Shown in pieces: positions 33,901-47,370 of a stretch of DNA of 64,000 nucleotides (positions within the stretch are counted from its first letter, which is position 1; every line of letters begins with the position of its first letter). This stretch comes from Marsupella aquatica. Its lineage: Eukaryota; Plantae; Marchantiophyta. The notes beneath the pieces were generated by a model, which made no database searches, was not told the origin of the DNA, and worked only from the letters and a program-made list of their open reading frames with translations. The position numbers and the translations under genes are program-made. The DNA is taken from assembly GCA_973895155.1 (NCBI GenBank), contig OZ316899.1, positions 8,373,241-8,437,240 of the forward strand, in the 5' to 3' direction.

Positions 33901-36900
33901 TTGTAGGCACATTTCAAAAGTTTTGTCAATCCTTTGTGACCCTGGTATGATATGGAGCAGGTATTAGGTAGCCTTTTGGGGAGAAAAGCCGCTTAAGCTC
34001 CTTGACAAGTGTTTGACAAAAGGTCTCTTCTCACATATGTCTTTGAGCCGGGTTCCCTTGTTCCTGAAGTGGGTTTGGTTTGCGGGTTTTGTGACAAGAG
34101 ACATTTTTGTGTAAGGCCCTGTTCTGCTAAGATGTTTTATGTGTACGCAAAACCGGCCTTGGATTCACAAATATCAAAGCACATGTCTTGACTTGGAGTG
34201 CATATGGGATTTCATGATCATCCAGTTCAAACGGGGAAGTGTCGAGTTGCCATGAAGAAAGCGGAAGAAGTTATTCAAGGCGTTCAAATAGCTCATCCAC
34301 TAGCAACACCCTCCAGGGTGAAGAACATCTCTATAGGTACATTGATATTGCTTTTGCACCCCGAGTCATGCCAAGATCTTTCAAAAGAAGAGGAGGTTGA
34401 ATTGTGGAATTCAATGAAAGTTGTGTCATCATCGACAAAGTTCCATGCAATTTTTTCAGTGTTAAGATGGGAAATCCCAAGAAAGGTGAGTTGGATTCAC
34501 TGTGTGAGATGAAAACGCATGTGAGATTTCCATTCCTTCAGAGGTTCATGTTCCCGGGACAGGCTGGGAAGCCCATCCGAGCTCATGTGTTCAAGAAGAT
34601 GAGTACCAAAGGGTCCAGGTTCAGGTGTTGAATTCTACGTTGCATGCAAAGAGGAGGAACTTTAGAGGGAGCATGGGTGAGTTTTGACGTGATGCATAGG
34701 ATAACAATAGGTTGGCTCACTTTCAGTGCTCATGTTTTTGAGATCACACTTACTGTGCCCTTTGTACAATATTGACTTGTGAATTGAAAGTTGAGGATGC
34801 TGACTCTTTGGAAACTGCATGGCGTTTCATGTTGGAGGTTGCTGTTGAGAATGGTATTAGTGAGGTAGAGATAGTGGGTTTTATGGTTGATAATTGTGAA
34901 GCTAGATGGATTGTTGTGATAAATGTTTTCTTTGATGGTGTCCGGTTCCCAGAAAGAGGATATTTTTTTTGCTAGCCAAGACATTTTCTAAACATTTTCT
35001 TTTGGCCGACAACATTTGCCAAAAAAAAATTTCTAATTTAAAAAAAATAGAAAACAATTACCATTCATTTTCCTGTTACCAATTTCTGTTTGTTGTCACC
35101 AATTTATGTTTTCTGTTACTATTTGTTGTTTCCTTTCATTTGTAAATACCCCCATACATAGTGGCAGACGAGATTCCAGAGTGGTGGAAATCCGGGAATT
35201 GTCATCATGGTAATTGAGGGCTTTGCAAGGCTGGATTGCCTGGTGGGTTGTTCGTTGGCGACAATGGGGAAACTACTTTAGACTTGTAAGTGAATCAAAC
35301 CACTTTTGTTGGCTAGCAAGGTCGCTAGCGTTCTTGTTAAGTGGGAATTTAAGTTTTGGACCTTTCATCACAATACACAATCTTATGTTGTTTTGTATGG
35401 GATTTCAGATTTAAACAACAAAGGAGTCAGCATTGATGTCAAATTGTATTGGAGCAAAATCTGTATAGGGTCAATGAGAGCCTGTCAAATGAAGAAGAAG
35501 ATTGGATTGTTGGAAGCTTGTGAATAGGATCAAAATCAAGCTGGTGGACAAATTGCTGCCTTTGCTGTGTACATTAAGGGATGTCACAAGGGACATGGGC
35601 CAACCATTTCTGAACTTGCATATCGAAATGCAAATACTCTTGGATCTCTTGAAGCTTTTGAGAAAGCATCAAATCTGTTGCTTGAGTCGTCTCCAAAGTA
35701 CAATTTCCATCGTACCCAACCACTTCACGGGGATCTTTGCATAAAATTTGGAAAGCAAAAAGGTCCTGCTTTGGCAAGAGTTGGTGCTAAAGACTCTCAT
35801 CGACATGATAGGGTAATGCGGACCGAGGCAGTGACCAGGGGTGTACATCCTAGAAATTTGTATTTGGATTTTGGAAGTGTTAAAGTGGTGGAAGATATGC
35901 AAGATGGTTTGGAAACTTCTAGAATACTCCATCCCTCAATGTCTTCTAGAGGTCCAGAAGTTGTTTCAGACCCATCCGTTGTGATCCTTCTTTCTGATAA
36001 TGAAGAAAATGGTACAGTTAATATGTCGGTTGATGACACTAAAGAAATTCCGAGGCCGTTGCATGAAGAAGTTGTATCTCCTCTTGGTACAGGGGAACCG
36101 ATTCAGATCCCACCTCGGCAAACTCCAGCTGTACATGAAGTAGACGTTCCATTTGGGACTTGGCACTTCCGGAGGTGTGGAAAAGGAAATGGTCCGATCT
36201 GCAATGGGTCTATGGAGCAAACCATTTCTGGAAGAGACGAGTGTAGGAACTTCATCGAAGTCAGGTATCACAAAAATCATGCGGTGTTGTTGGGGTTGCA
36301 ATCCATGGTGTGAGAATCACTTCGCCGCACACTCAACTCCTGTACTTTTGTCCAAACAATATCTGTCACAAAACAAGGGATTGCAAGTTGATTTCCCAAC
36401 TTCCTTTAGTTCTCGAATCTCTGAAAGTTCATCGAGGGATAGGGTTAACACCTCCTGAAATCAACTTCTTGATTCAGATGGGTTTCCACATTGAAGGTCT
36501 CTACTACATGGATTTCCAACCAGATGGCATTGTTGCTCCTCCAATCCGGGTGGAACTTTGCATTGATGTAAACTCTTTCTAGAGAGAAGGTTGATGTAAC
36601 CTACCCAAATATTAAACAAATGAAGACACGGAATGGAAAAGGGACTCAACAATGTTACAACTTCACAGGAGAACTCTTGAAAAGGATTTGGGCTGCAAAT
36701 GAAGAACAAATGAGGATCATAGCTTCTGAGAAAGTCGTCCAAGGAAACGGATGGGGATCACAGTTTTTGATTGCTACTCATGAAAACAATCCAAGTAAGT
36801 CAAGTAAATATTGGATTCAGTTGTGCTCTTTTCCTTGTTGTTCCTGTCCGGATTTCTTCAAGCGGCATTTGCATGGAAAACCTTATATGTCTCGCAAACA

Positions 36901-37020
36901 TATTCTTTGGGTTTTAAGAATGTTTACCCTTTGAACTTGGATAGTGATGATATTGTTAAGCAGCCTATTTTAACCATAGCTGAAATTTCCGATCTTATTC
37001 AACGGGCAAGTGAGGTTTGA
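33901..37020 (+). pseudogene. MULE-like transposase relic with Cys/His-rich N-terminal domain and C-terminal SWIM zinc finger
   Basis: VCGFCDKRHFCVRPCSAKMFYVY..HMGFHDHPVQTGKCR; FPGQ..HVFKKMS; WVSFDVMHRI..W; GFMVDN; WWVVRWRQWG; SWIM-like YWIQL..CSCPDF..KHILWV. Many frameshifts, 5'-truncated, intron about 35286-35410. Confidence 0.7.
34960..35152 (-). mobile_element. Truncated MITE, same family as 55225-55568, inserted in the transposase relic
   Basis: Reverse complement begins GGGGTATTTACAAATGAAAGGAAACAACAAATAGTAACAGAAAACA, matching the left end of the 55225 MITE. Confidence 0.7.
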
Positions 37021-40000
37021 GATGGACAGGTCCTCTTTCTAGAGAGTTTTGTTTTTAAGTTAGAACTAAGTTGGATTTTGTTTTAATTTAGATTTCTCGA
37101 ACTGTGAGATATTTTGACCATGATATCATGACCATAAGGAGTAGTATATTTTGTTTCTAAGTGGCAAGCATAGATATTTCTTTTCATGCATATACAAAAA
37201 TACCATATGTTGGTTGTTTTGTTTGCTAGTGAGGTCGCTAGCCTTCATTTAAAAATAGTTCATTTATGGTGTATTATTCAAACAAATGGTGGTTATTCAA
37301 AGAAACACTCTTGTTGTTTTTCCTTGTGCATACGAAATAGGATGCCTGAAGTACAAACATTTTGAGATTTATAATCAGCTGAATCATATTACATTATTGA
37401 ATGAAGAGTGCTTGTATCAGACTATGAATGGCAAGGTTATTTGCCCCTCATAAGGTGGAATATCATGGTTGTAGTGGGGTGGTCTCATGTCTATGATTGC
37501 CCATGTCCATACCCAAGTTGGAAATGAAAAGTACAACTCCAGACCGTTAGTAATGTTTGGCTGAATTGTGCTTAGCTTACAGGACCTTCTATGATAAATC
37601 CAAACAAACTGCTTGGCCATTTTTGGCTAGCAAGGCATGTTATTACTAGCGGGGTTGACATCTGAACCTTGTTCTGAGAGAAAGAAGGCCCAATTTTCCA
37701 AAAGAAAATTCCTTCTACAGCAAAAAAAATCCTGTTATGAACATTTTTTTTCCTGTTTCCTTGCATGGTAGTCATACCCACATCTCATGCACCGCAAAGC
37801 TCACACCGTCAGGAAAACAAACTCTGGTCTCTCCTTCAAAAAATTGTCGAACACAAAAGTTGCTAACTTTCACCAAGAAACACAAAATGATGCAAACATC
37901 AAATTTTCCATATCATGGGTACCAATCAGTGATTTCTATGCCCAATGAAAAGCTCTCACACTAATCTATTTGTTGAGCCCATAACATTTCAATTTCATGC
38001 AATGAAAGTCCAGATAAACCATCAACACTTAATGTTGGAAAAATTGTCACATAAAACTATCATCACATCACATGCATGTTTTGATACCAATTGCTAAGCA
38101 AGGAAGACATTCACAATTAACATCCAACAAACAAGTAGTCAACATAGAGAGATACATGGTTCACCTTAGATGAGGCCATGACTACGGGAACACAAAGAGC
38201 TTTACTGCACGTACTCTAGGCCCATTGACCATAGCATGTTTTTGCAACACAAGCTAGCTCTCCCTATCTCTTAATTGGATTTGTCACAATGAGCCAGAGT
38301 TCCTCCTATCCAAGCAAACACTGCTTGAGTTTATAGTGTGAAACATGGCTAACCTGACCAAGTCCACAACTAATGTTTGCCAAACTACGGTTGCAGTCAT
38401 AACTCAAGACCTAAGAGTAAATCCCTAACAAATTGTGCACTAAACCGAAAGACACCACAATAGAAAAACTCCTAAAGGATATATAGCATGAGTGAGAACA
38501 TGTGAAAAATGAGGAAGGGAATGCCCTTCCTCCACACCCCCAAGGGGGACTAAGATGCGTGGGCCAAAATAAGTGGATTTTAATCAAGTGTTAGCTAACC
38601 ATAGTAAAGCCAACCTAACTATAGTTAAAATTAGAGTCAGTTCTGAACAAATTCCCTGCCCGCCAGTGCTAAATATTGTGCTGGACAAATGCAAGGAAAC
38701 ACAAGAAGGGCTAACACTATCACAACTAACTTTTAAAAACTCAATGTCTTTGCACTCAAGATTAGGCAAAGACTTGAAATGGCTTGAACTATAATGGGAA
38801 AGGCGTAGTCCCATATATACATCACCATCCTAGTTGCTCTCCATAGCATTCATATTCTGAAATTGAAAAGAGGCGGATTTCACATTTGGAGGATTTTGGA
38901 CATTTGCGTCAAATTTCTGAAATCTGGGGATGTTGCAGTCTGAAGGAAATCCAAAAACCCAGAAATGTGCAATCAAGTGAAATGACAAGTTTGAGTCTGT
39001 GATTAACTGCTACCAAAAGTGTCAACAATTTTGAGTACCTTGTGAAAAAGATTTCAGAACCTCAGAATTCTGGGATGGGAGTTCAATGGCTGCTGGGCTT
39101 TGAGCCTGATGTGGCTGAGTTGAGAGCATTGGGGGTGAGATCTTACTAAGAGGGAAGGAAAAATTTACATAACTGAGACAGGCGGTAAGCCGTAACCCCT
39201 ACCTTATGGAGCTTCCTTCCCCCATCTTTTAAATTCATTATTCTGGTCCTTTGACCAGAGTTACAGGATGGACCATGAATCTCTGTAACTTTGGTCCTGC
39301 CAACCCCAATTTCAAGACACCCTACTAGTGTATTGCCCCTTATTGATTGAAAAGAGGAGAAAACTACCAGCCTTGCCCATTGTTGCTTTGCTGAAGATAG
39401 ACTGTGGTCACTCTCTGAGTGTGTATGATTCATTCCTGTGTGGACTGGTGTTCGTCGTGGCTGTGTAAGGGGTAACTGCACGCTGTGAGAAAAAGTGAAA
39501 TCTCTCATAATCCGAGTGAAAAAAAGCCCTGCTTAGGTAGCAAAGTTAGTCCCTAGCTAGCCAAAACCTGGGTAGCAATTCTCAATTTTGGGACCACTAG
39601 AAATGCACTAGAAATACAACAGCCAACCAAAATCAAAAGACAGTAAGATCCAAAATAACTATAATGGTACGCTCCTTGCTGACAAAAACTCCTATTTGCT
39701 TGCATTGTATGGTTTGGACACTTTATGTCTTTGCCCTGGGGCTCTTCCCTGTTTGGGCGAGAATGTAGAACTAGGTTTTCAGCAGATTTTGCAAGTTGGT
39801 TCTCCTCCAAATAACAATTATTGTAATACATATATATTTTTAGTTTGGACCACCAAGATGGTGACAAAACTACAATGAGTTGTACTTGATAGGGTTGCTC
39901 CAACTTTAAACAATCTACTCCAAATGGTAATAAAACCCTTTTAGGACTATTGTATTTAGATAAATGAGAAAACAAATATTCTTTAAATTAACCAAGTGTG

Positions 40001-40745
40001 AAGATTCCCCTCAAAGAGGCACAATAGTAAAGTAACTTGAGAGCTCTTGCACAAGGTAACATGAAAATGTTACCAATTAGGCCTTTGCAAAAATATCATG
40101 AAATTATTTGAGACTTTATAGCATCCATGCGGTTCGCATCAAGAACATTATTGCTTTAGTCATGCCTCTCACACACCTTTAGTCAATCTCGCTCTGAGTG
40201 TGAGTTAGTATGGAAGGCTAAGGAAAGTAGTTTGGAGGTGTGTTAGTGTAATGAAATGGCTTTAAGAATCTTTTTTAGGGGTCTAGAAAAATACAAAAAA
40301 TGAGATGGTGAAAGACCGGTCTAAAGCCTCTGGAGGGGGTCAAACGCATATCCTCACAAGCAAAATTAAATTCTCATTCATGGACAAGGGTGGTAAAAGG
40401 TGGCTTGCTCTATGAGGAAACTTAACTCCCGTCCAACTCTCCTAGAGGTTAGTACGACAATGAAGTTGAAGAGAGGTAAAGCTACCGAGACTGACATTGA
40501 AAATTAAGGGAATGGCAACAGAAGGTATGGTAAAGAACCTGGTCAGTTGACAGCAATTGACCACGTCTCTTAATTGAACGAGTCAGTCACTACAACCAAG
40601 GCTGGCGGGCACAGTAGACTCTAATCTCTAATCCGCTCGTACAGAATTGCAATCGACAATGACAATTCGAGCTGCTGAATCACAGAATAAAGCGCGTGCA
40701 ATACACAAATACATTTCGACCTGCTGACCGCTAGGTAACGAGAGA

Positions 40746-41023
40746 AAATTGTCCTTGAGGCCGCCAAAATCCATCTTCAGCTTGCCAATCAGGGTACATA
40801 CAGGTCCCAATAAGCTCCAAAGACATCACTGGCAATAAGTTGCAAGAAATCTGTCCTTCAAGCTCCCCAAATCCATCATGCTTCAGCTCGCCAATCAGGG
40901 TACATGCAGGTCCCAATAAGCTCCAAGGACATCAACAGCACTAAGTTGCGAAAGTTTGTCCTTGAGGCCCCAAAATCCATCAAAGCCTCACCCCGCAATT
41001 TGCAAGTCCCAATACGCTCCAAG
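40746..41023. repeat. ~103-bp tandem repeat (about 2.7 copies) just downstream of the PAT stop codon
   Basis: Units start near 40746, 40847 and 40951, each with TGTCCTT..AAATCCATC..GTCCCAATA(A/C)GCTCCAA. Confidence 0.8.
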
Positions 41024-41129
41024 GCAATATATCACAGGGCAATAACTTCACACATAATATCACTTGCAGGACATAGCATCCACCGACATGTAGAACTAGC
41101 ATTCACAGTGGACTAGTTCTGCGAAAAAC

Positions 41130-44100
41130 CTATTCAACAGAAGGAAGCGTAATTCGTGGGTTAAATACCGGTGATTGTGACCGTAATGCAACCCGCACAG
41201 GTGGCTTAAGCTCAGGAGCCACAATAGGATTTGCCAACCTTGTCTTCGTGGGAATTGGAGGTTTGGGTGGAAGTGCCTGCCTTTCCTCAGTTATAAGAAG
41301 TTGTCCAACGGGACCTCCATAGAATATAGATGATCCACTATATATAAGGTTTCCCAGAGTGGGAGAGGTGCTTCTCAAACTGTTAGAAACATTCGTCGAA
41401 GTGCTTGTTTGTGACGGAGAAAATTTACCAGGATCATGATCATAAGAGGGTCTGCCATTGGACAAGGATGAGGGTGACGCAGAAGAATCTAGCCAGTGGT
41501 ACTTGTTACCAGGTGCGTCATTTATCGGATTACTAGTGCCCTTATATCCCTCAACTTTGCCTGTCGTTAGCAGCCCATGTTCTCCTGTTAATCTATTCCC
41601 AATTAAGGCAATTTCCCTCCTCGCCTCTAAGGATGAAGCAATGTTATCAATTAACACCCTCTCTATCGAAGAGACTTGATTCTTGCACTGTAAGTCTCCG
41701 CCATCCACACTCTCTCCGCTGGAAGCTTCGTAACCATCACTGGAAGCAGCTGGACCACTCCAAGCTCGAGAAAAATCAGCCGAAGAATGGGAAAGCATAG
41801 TCAAATGATGAGCAAGTACATCGGCTGTTGAGTCAGAATTATCCACAACGTCCTGTGGGATTGCCCTCGTGGAATCCCCTGGGGGTGTTGCAAGTAAACG
41901 ACGATCTTTGGTCGGAAATGACAGTCCATACCTATACTCAGCAGGAAGTGGGCTCAAAGAAGTAGGAGCTCTCAAAGTCTGACTTGGAGTACCACCTATC
42001 CTTCTACTTGGATGCCCCACGTCGACAGGCTCATGTTGTATACTGGAATCATCTTTGGTAATGTAAGTTCGAGGATGATGAACGTTGGCCACAGTCATGG
42101 TGGACGTGTACCTTGATCGCTGCTTGCTGTTGTAGTGGGCTCCACCAATGCTACTTTTACTACTTATGTTAGTGCTGGAAGTGTGATCCCCTTCCTCGTC
42201 TCCAACCTCACAAGGGTCCAGCTGCCGTAGTGTAGAGGAAGTTTCTCTTGCTCTGGTAGCAGCTCTAATTGCCTCATCTGTATTGAGCTTTGCCAGCTTC
42301 CACGCACTTATTCTTATCGCACCTTTCTTCTGCTGGTTGTTGTATCTGCTTGCTATATTTCCTGCATCTGGATCTGTTGTAGATGGTAGTTGGCCAGTAA
42401 CCAGATGCGGGACAACTTCATCCTAACATTCATATATGCGTCATTTTACAGAAGCACGTGTTAGCTTGCACTATTTTCAGCCAGGTGTCAACTTGTAGGA
42501 GCAATAGACGGAGATGACATTATGCAGACCTTCATTCAAACTCCTCTGCATTGCGAGTGATAATACTGCTAAAGAAAAAAATACTGTCATGGAGGCTCCA
42601 CTGCAAAGACATGTTGGCAGAGAGCAGCGGTTGAATTACATATATTTTAATTCCTTTTCATACTGTAATGAAATCCCCAAATTAACTAAATTCTGAGACC
42701 AGTAAACAGCAAGAAGTTTATCCCAGAGGGCAATCTACTAGCAAGTCAGAATTCAACAAACCTTCCATACCTGATAGTCAACAAATACTCTTGGGGGTGT
42801 ACACCAACCTCCACGGTTGTACGGAAGCCCAATTGAACTGGAACCACTCAAACCAGTGGCAGTTGAACTAGAGGGGGATGTTGGAAAACTTGGTGCATCA
42901 CCATCAGCAGAGAATCCCTGTTGTTCATTTTGCACTCTCATGGCAACAACGTACTCGTAGGTTGTGATTCCCTGCATAGAAGAGATAGGACAATCAATTA
43001 TTCGAGATGTGTCGTCAAACAAATTATTAGCTAAAATTAAGCTGAAGATGCCTGTGTATCGAAATTGCGAGATGTGTGATAGTAACATACGCACCTTCCG
43101 TATTAGAATTAAGTGGAAAAAGAACAGTTCTCCCAGTGGTACTGAAGCAAGAAGAGAGACTAACGTACAAATAGCCTGCCACAGGTCATTAAGAAAAGCC
43201 AAATCTTAGACGCAGCTGCACCTGGAAATTCCCTATCCTATCTGTGAAGACAAGGTTAGGAGAGGAGAACATAATAGAGTGGCAGCATGATCAGGCATGA
43301 CCATTCCACAAAGATAAGCATGAATGTCCCAATAAACACACGCAAAGGGAAAGAGTTGGCTTCATACCACAACTGTAGCGAAGGGACCCCGAGAGAAACC
43401 ATTTCCAAGCTTGTCTATAATCTGACGTTCAAGGGATCTCTTGTCGACAAAACAACGCACAAGTACTGCCATTCCTAGTCCCCATTCCAAAACAAGCTAC
43501 AAGAACAATATACTCAACTGAACAGTCAGATATTTCGGTCTTCGGCCAAACTTTCTCAATTACGCTTGTATAAACCAGCTGATTTCAATGAGACATAGGT
43601 AATCTGCTGGCAACATTTGCACCAATGCAAAATTTGACAATTGTATCGTGTGATAGGAAAAGAGTGCAAGGTATACCAGAGAAAGGCTCGTTGCCATCAG
43701 TGAGACAAAAGTAACGTAATTCTTCCTCCCTACACAGTTGTTAAGCCACTGTACCCAAAACCAGTAAACCCTGCATTTATTTTCTGAGTACAAACATAAT
43801 AATCTGCACTCGTGATCAGCAATCCAAACTGCGGTAATAGAGCCATACCCGGCAATGGTGATCGAATCCATCCACGCACTTGTCACAACTTCTGCAGTGC
43901 TTGCTGAACTTGCGCACCTGTGCAATTCAAATGTGTCATGCATACCTTATTAAGGTTGGCAAACGAAAGCGCCGTTCACATGCCAAACACGTCTCTTGGA
44001 AAACTTTAGAAGCAGCGATCATATGTCCCTTACAAACAAACGATTAAGGCCTTTCAAATAAGTAACAACGTTCCAACGAGCAATGTACGCATGGAAATAA

Positions 44101-47100
44101 CTGGTCTAATGGACAAACTAGTACATCACCGTTACCGCTTCTCCAGCCTCTGTCTAGGGGCAGGCTGGAGTCAACTACCTCGGCGTTGCACAATGTGCAA
44201 AACAAAACCTCCTCTTCTGACAGGGGCCGTTGCAAAGTGAACTCGTCCTTACAGTTGTCATCCTTAACAACCCATCCACAGAGCAGGGAACCGAAGCCTG
44301 CTAGAAATATCTGAATTTTCTTTCTCTGCCAAGTTACTCCTGATTGTTCAAGGTACGGTGCCTTACGTCCAGTTTTCTTGTCATTAAGTATTACAAAAGA
44401 ACTTCTTGAAGGGGACAACTCTGGAGAAAGAGGGCGTAGATCATCCTCCAGAGTAATGCTGGCCGAGCCTTCAGAAAAAGACCCTTTCTCAACATATTTA
44501 GATTGAGGCTGAAAAACACCTATGTCAGCTGGGTCAATCGCCGAGGATCGAATGTAAAGAAGGAACACTGCAAAAGCCTGAAGGATAGCAGCATTCCACA
44601 TCAGTAATTATAAGACACATTGCATTAAATTCAAGGAACACATCTGTAATCTGAGGTGCTTTTACTGCTTACGTACCAGTGGAGAATACAGTGCCAATGC
44701 TGTGAATTCCAGGAACTGAAACCACAAGAATGGGGCCAAAAAGACGTAGAAGGCAACTGCCAATAGGAAAAAAACTGTGATGGCCACCACCTGGACAATA
44801 ATATAATCCAAAGGAAGGAATCTTTTAATGACCTTGTTAGATCAATCCGCGCAAAAACAATTCCAGCTAAAGGTTTATGTGATCAACCAGCGCAGGCTCA
44901 GACGAATAAACACTCCCATACCTATGTCTTCACACAGTTAACGACTGATCATGAGGTTGAGAAGGCACGCTATAGAAACAACAACCCATCTTCACTCTCC
45001 CCTTCAGTCACACCTTTACGTCAGTCCTACAGCCCCTCGTGCATTCACGATGGAGGTCCTTTTCTACCCTAACTTGTGATCAGTGCCCTCGTTACCTGAT
45101 GTTGTGTAAGTGATCTCCTACCCCCACAATTTCAACTACATAGTTAACTATTACCAACAGCGGGCAACAAATCTTCATCACTTTGAGTGCACCAAGAAAA
45201 TGTTTTTGTATGCCTAGTCCAAATGACGAGGTCGGCTGCTGCTAGCTGTCGCCAGCATTTCAACTGACAAGCATTTCAAACATCTGCTTGCGACTTGTCA
45301 TTACAGCAAGGCTTCCACAATATCCTTGAATACCAGCTTTAGGATAGCAACTGTATTCTCAGGTCCAAATACAATGGAGAACTTAGCGCTTTACAACTTG
45401 AATATTCAACTCAAGCTCATTCCTTACCTCTTCAATTGTATCTATGGTTAAGTCTATATTCCGCAGCACCTAAAATGCCCGTGGTTCTATGGTACGTACT
45501 CGAACTACATGGATGAGTCTTCCACTTGAAACGGGATCGATCTTGCCTCTTCTCAGAATTGTGCACATCCAGGAAAAAAGGCTTCTTGCTGGAATACTAG
45601 ACGGACCGTACAGAATGATTGTCTCTCCTATGCCTTCAAACAGTACCGAGCCAGTGATGGTCATAAGCAGAGTCAGTCCGGCTCAAAAACAAAACTTTTA
45701 GCTAAAACAAATGCTGTGGACATGAGTAAAAAAAGATTTTCTGTCAGTTCAGGTATTCTCCGTGAACTCACATTAATTGGAACTGAAATGGATTTGCTCA
45801 GATTTTTCTTTTGAGAGAAAAACAGAACCTTGTAAGAAAACGTTATATGGCAAACCTTCTCTGGACCCATGGTACGTGTCGAGCGACACATTTTGAGGTG
45901 GACGACCAATCTAAGTACTCAAGGTGTCACGGCTGAAAGGAAAGTAAAAGGTCAGGCAACGAACGAGGACCATCATTTATAAAACTTTGCCACCTCACGT
46001 TGGCGAACATTTTTGCAGACAAGGGCAATGACGCTCGCTCCTTGTCAATCACAAAAGTTCTTGAGACCGAGCTGATAAATCTGCCTTCTCCTAGGACGTG
46101 ATGCCCTATTTGTCGCTCAGTGCTAACTCGTATGAGCATTTTATAAGCTGTGTTTAAGCATACTTTCCGGTTTCGACCTCTGGTTACACAAAAAATTTAT
46201 GAAGATATACAGCTCGTTTCCTACAATTTGAGACATCTTGCAAGCATGATTCCCTTCAAACTGAGCTTTATCGCATCTGCGCATGGAAAAGCTTAAATTA
46301 GCTAGGCGATATCGATGCCTTTCATAGTGTACCTGTCCCTGACCAACTCTTGCGTTTCCATCTCATAATTCACCGTTTTCCATCTTGCATCCATGATCTA
46401 TTTCCCAGTTTGCAAACTCCACTCTACGAACGTTTCCTAACAACTCACAAGTAAAGGACACGATATGAAAAAAGGTTTATATGCCTTTTCCGGTGATTAC
46501 TAAAATTGTTAAATGAGTACTGTGGCTATGACCCGTTCAACAAAAGAATAGCAAGAGTCACCATAACAAGTTCATCCTCGTAACTCACAGAACAATAATT
46601 TGCAGACTAGGATGAAATAGAATGCGACCGAACATTCTTTATCCTGATTCATATCAAATCCTTCTTCGTGCAAGCACAAGCTCCCAAACTTCGCTGTAAA
46701 CAGCCAAAAGTTACGGATACGCTCAAAAGGAAGGATGATATTCTGTCTAGTGATTGCAGATATGACGTTTGAAGATTGGTGAGCCTGCTAAGTTTCTTAT
46801 GGAAGGATGTGAGAAAAGCAAAACTATAAGTGTGAAGGGATTGTCATGGAATTTTAACCTGGCTCGAAAGAATCCAATATGCTTGGATCCAAAGTAATGT
46901 AAAAAACATTGGACATCGCAGTTTGGAACTGGCGTATTTTTTAAGAGTGAGTCCTTGTAGAAAGTCAAACGTTTAAATTTCCAACACTCATCCTCTCCGA
47001 GCTTGTTCAATTCAGAGGACAACATGTCAAAATTGGTATCTTCCAGGGAACCCTATCCTATATGCTTAGCAAAGCAGGTGGCCGGCTCAGGGACAAATCG

Positions 47101-47370
47101 GGCGCAGCCAACTTCCCATCAATGCCGCAAAAAACACCGCATAGACCGTCCAGAGCACAAGCGTACATTACTAACGACATGTGGCGCGTTAACGAGAGTA
47201 TTGAACGTCCTGCAGAACTACTGCCATAGAAGATCGGCATATGAACACGTGCATCCGCGGTCACCTAAATCCGCAACCCATGACTGTGTCCGTGAGAGGT
47301 TGAAAATCTGCTGCGAACAGACCTGGAAAGTATGAGCCGGAAGCTGCCAGCCATGGCGCCGGCGAACCAT
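41130..47370 (-). CDS. DHHC protein S-acyltransferase (PAT19/20/21 type), ~801 aa, 9 exons: 47370-47323, 44790-44677, 44577-44179, 43917-43849, 43748-43677, 43496-43368, 43175-43095, 42971-42771, 42422-41130
   Basis: N-terminus [27 protein letters not shown] domain [42 protein letters not shown]. Also [20 protein letters not shown] and ISAWKLAKL. All introns are GT-AG, phase 0; exons sum to 2406 nt with no internal stop seen. Confidence 0.95.

Noticed and set aside
39144-39538. Possible MITE with CTAAG(C)AGGG termini
   Set aside because: The terminal match is short and imperfect, with no convincing TSD.
37021-40700. Short ORFs (60-140 aa) in the intergenic region
   Set aside because: No recognisable motifs or coherent splice structure; likely chance ORFs in decayed repeats.
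44791-47322. ORFs within PAT intron 1
   Set aside because: Short, motif-free and on both strands; consistent with chance ORFs in a 2.5-kb intron.
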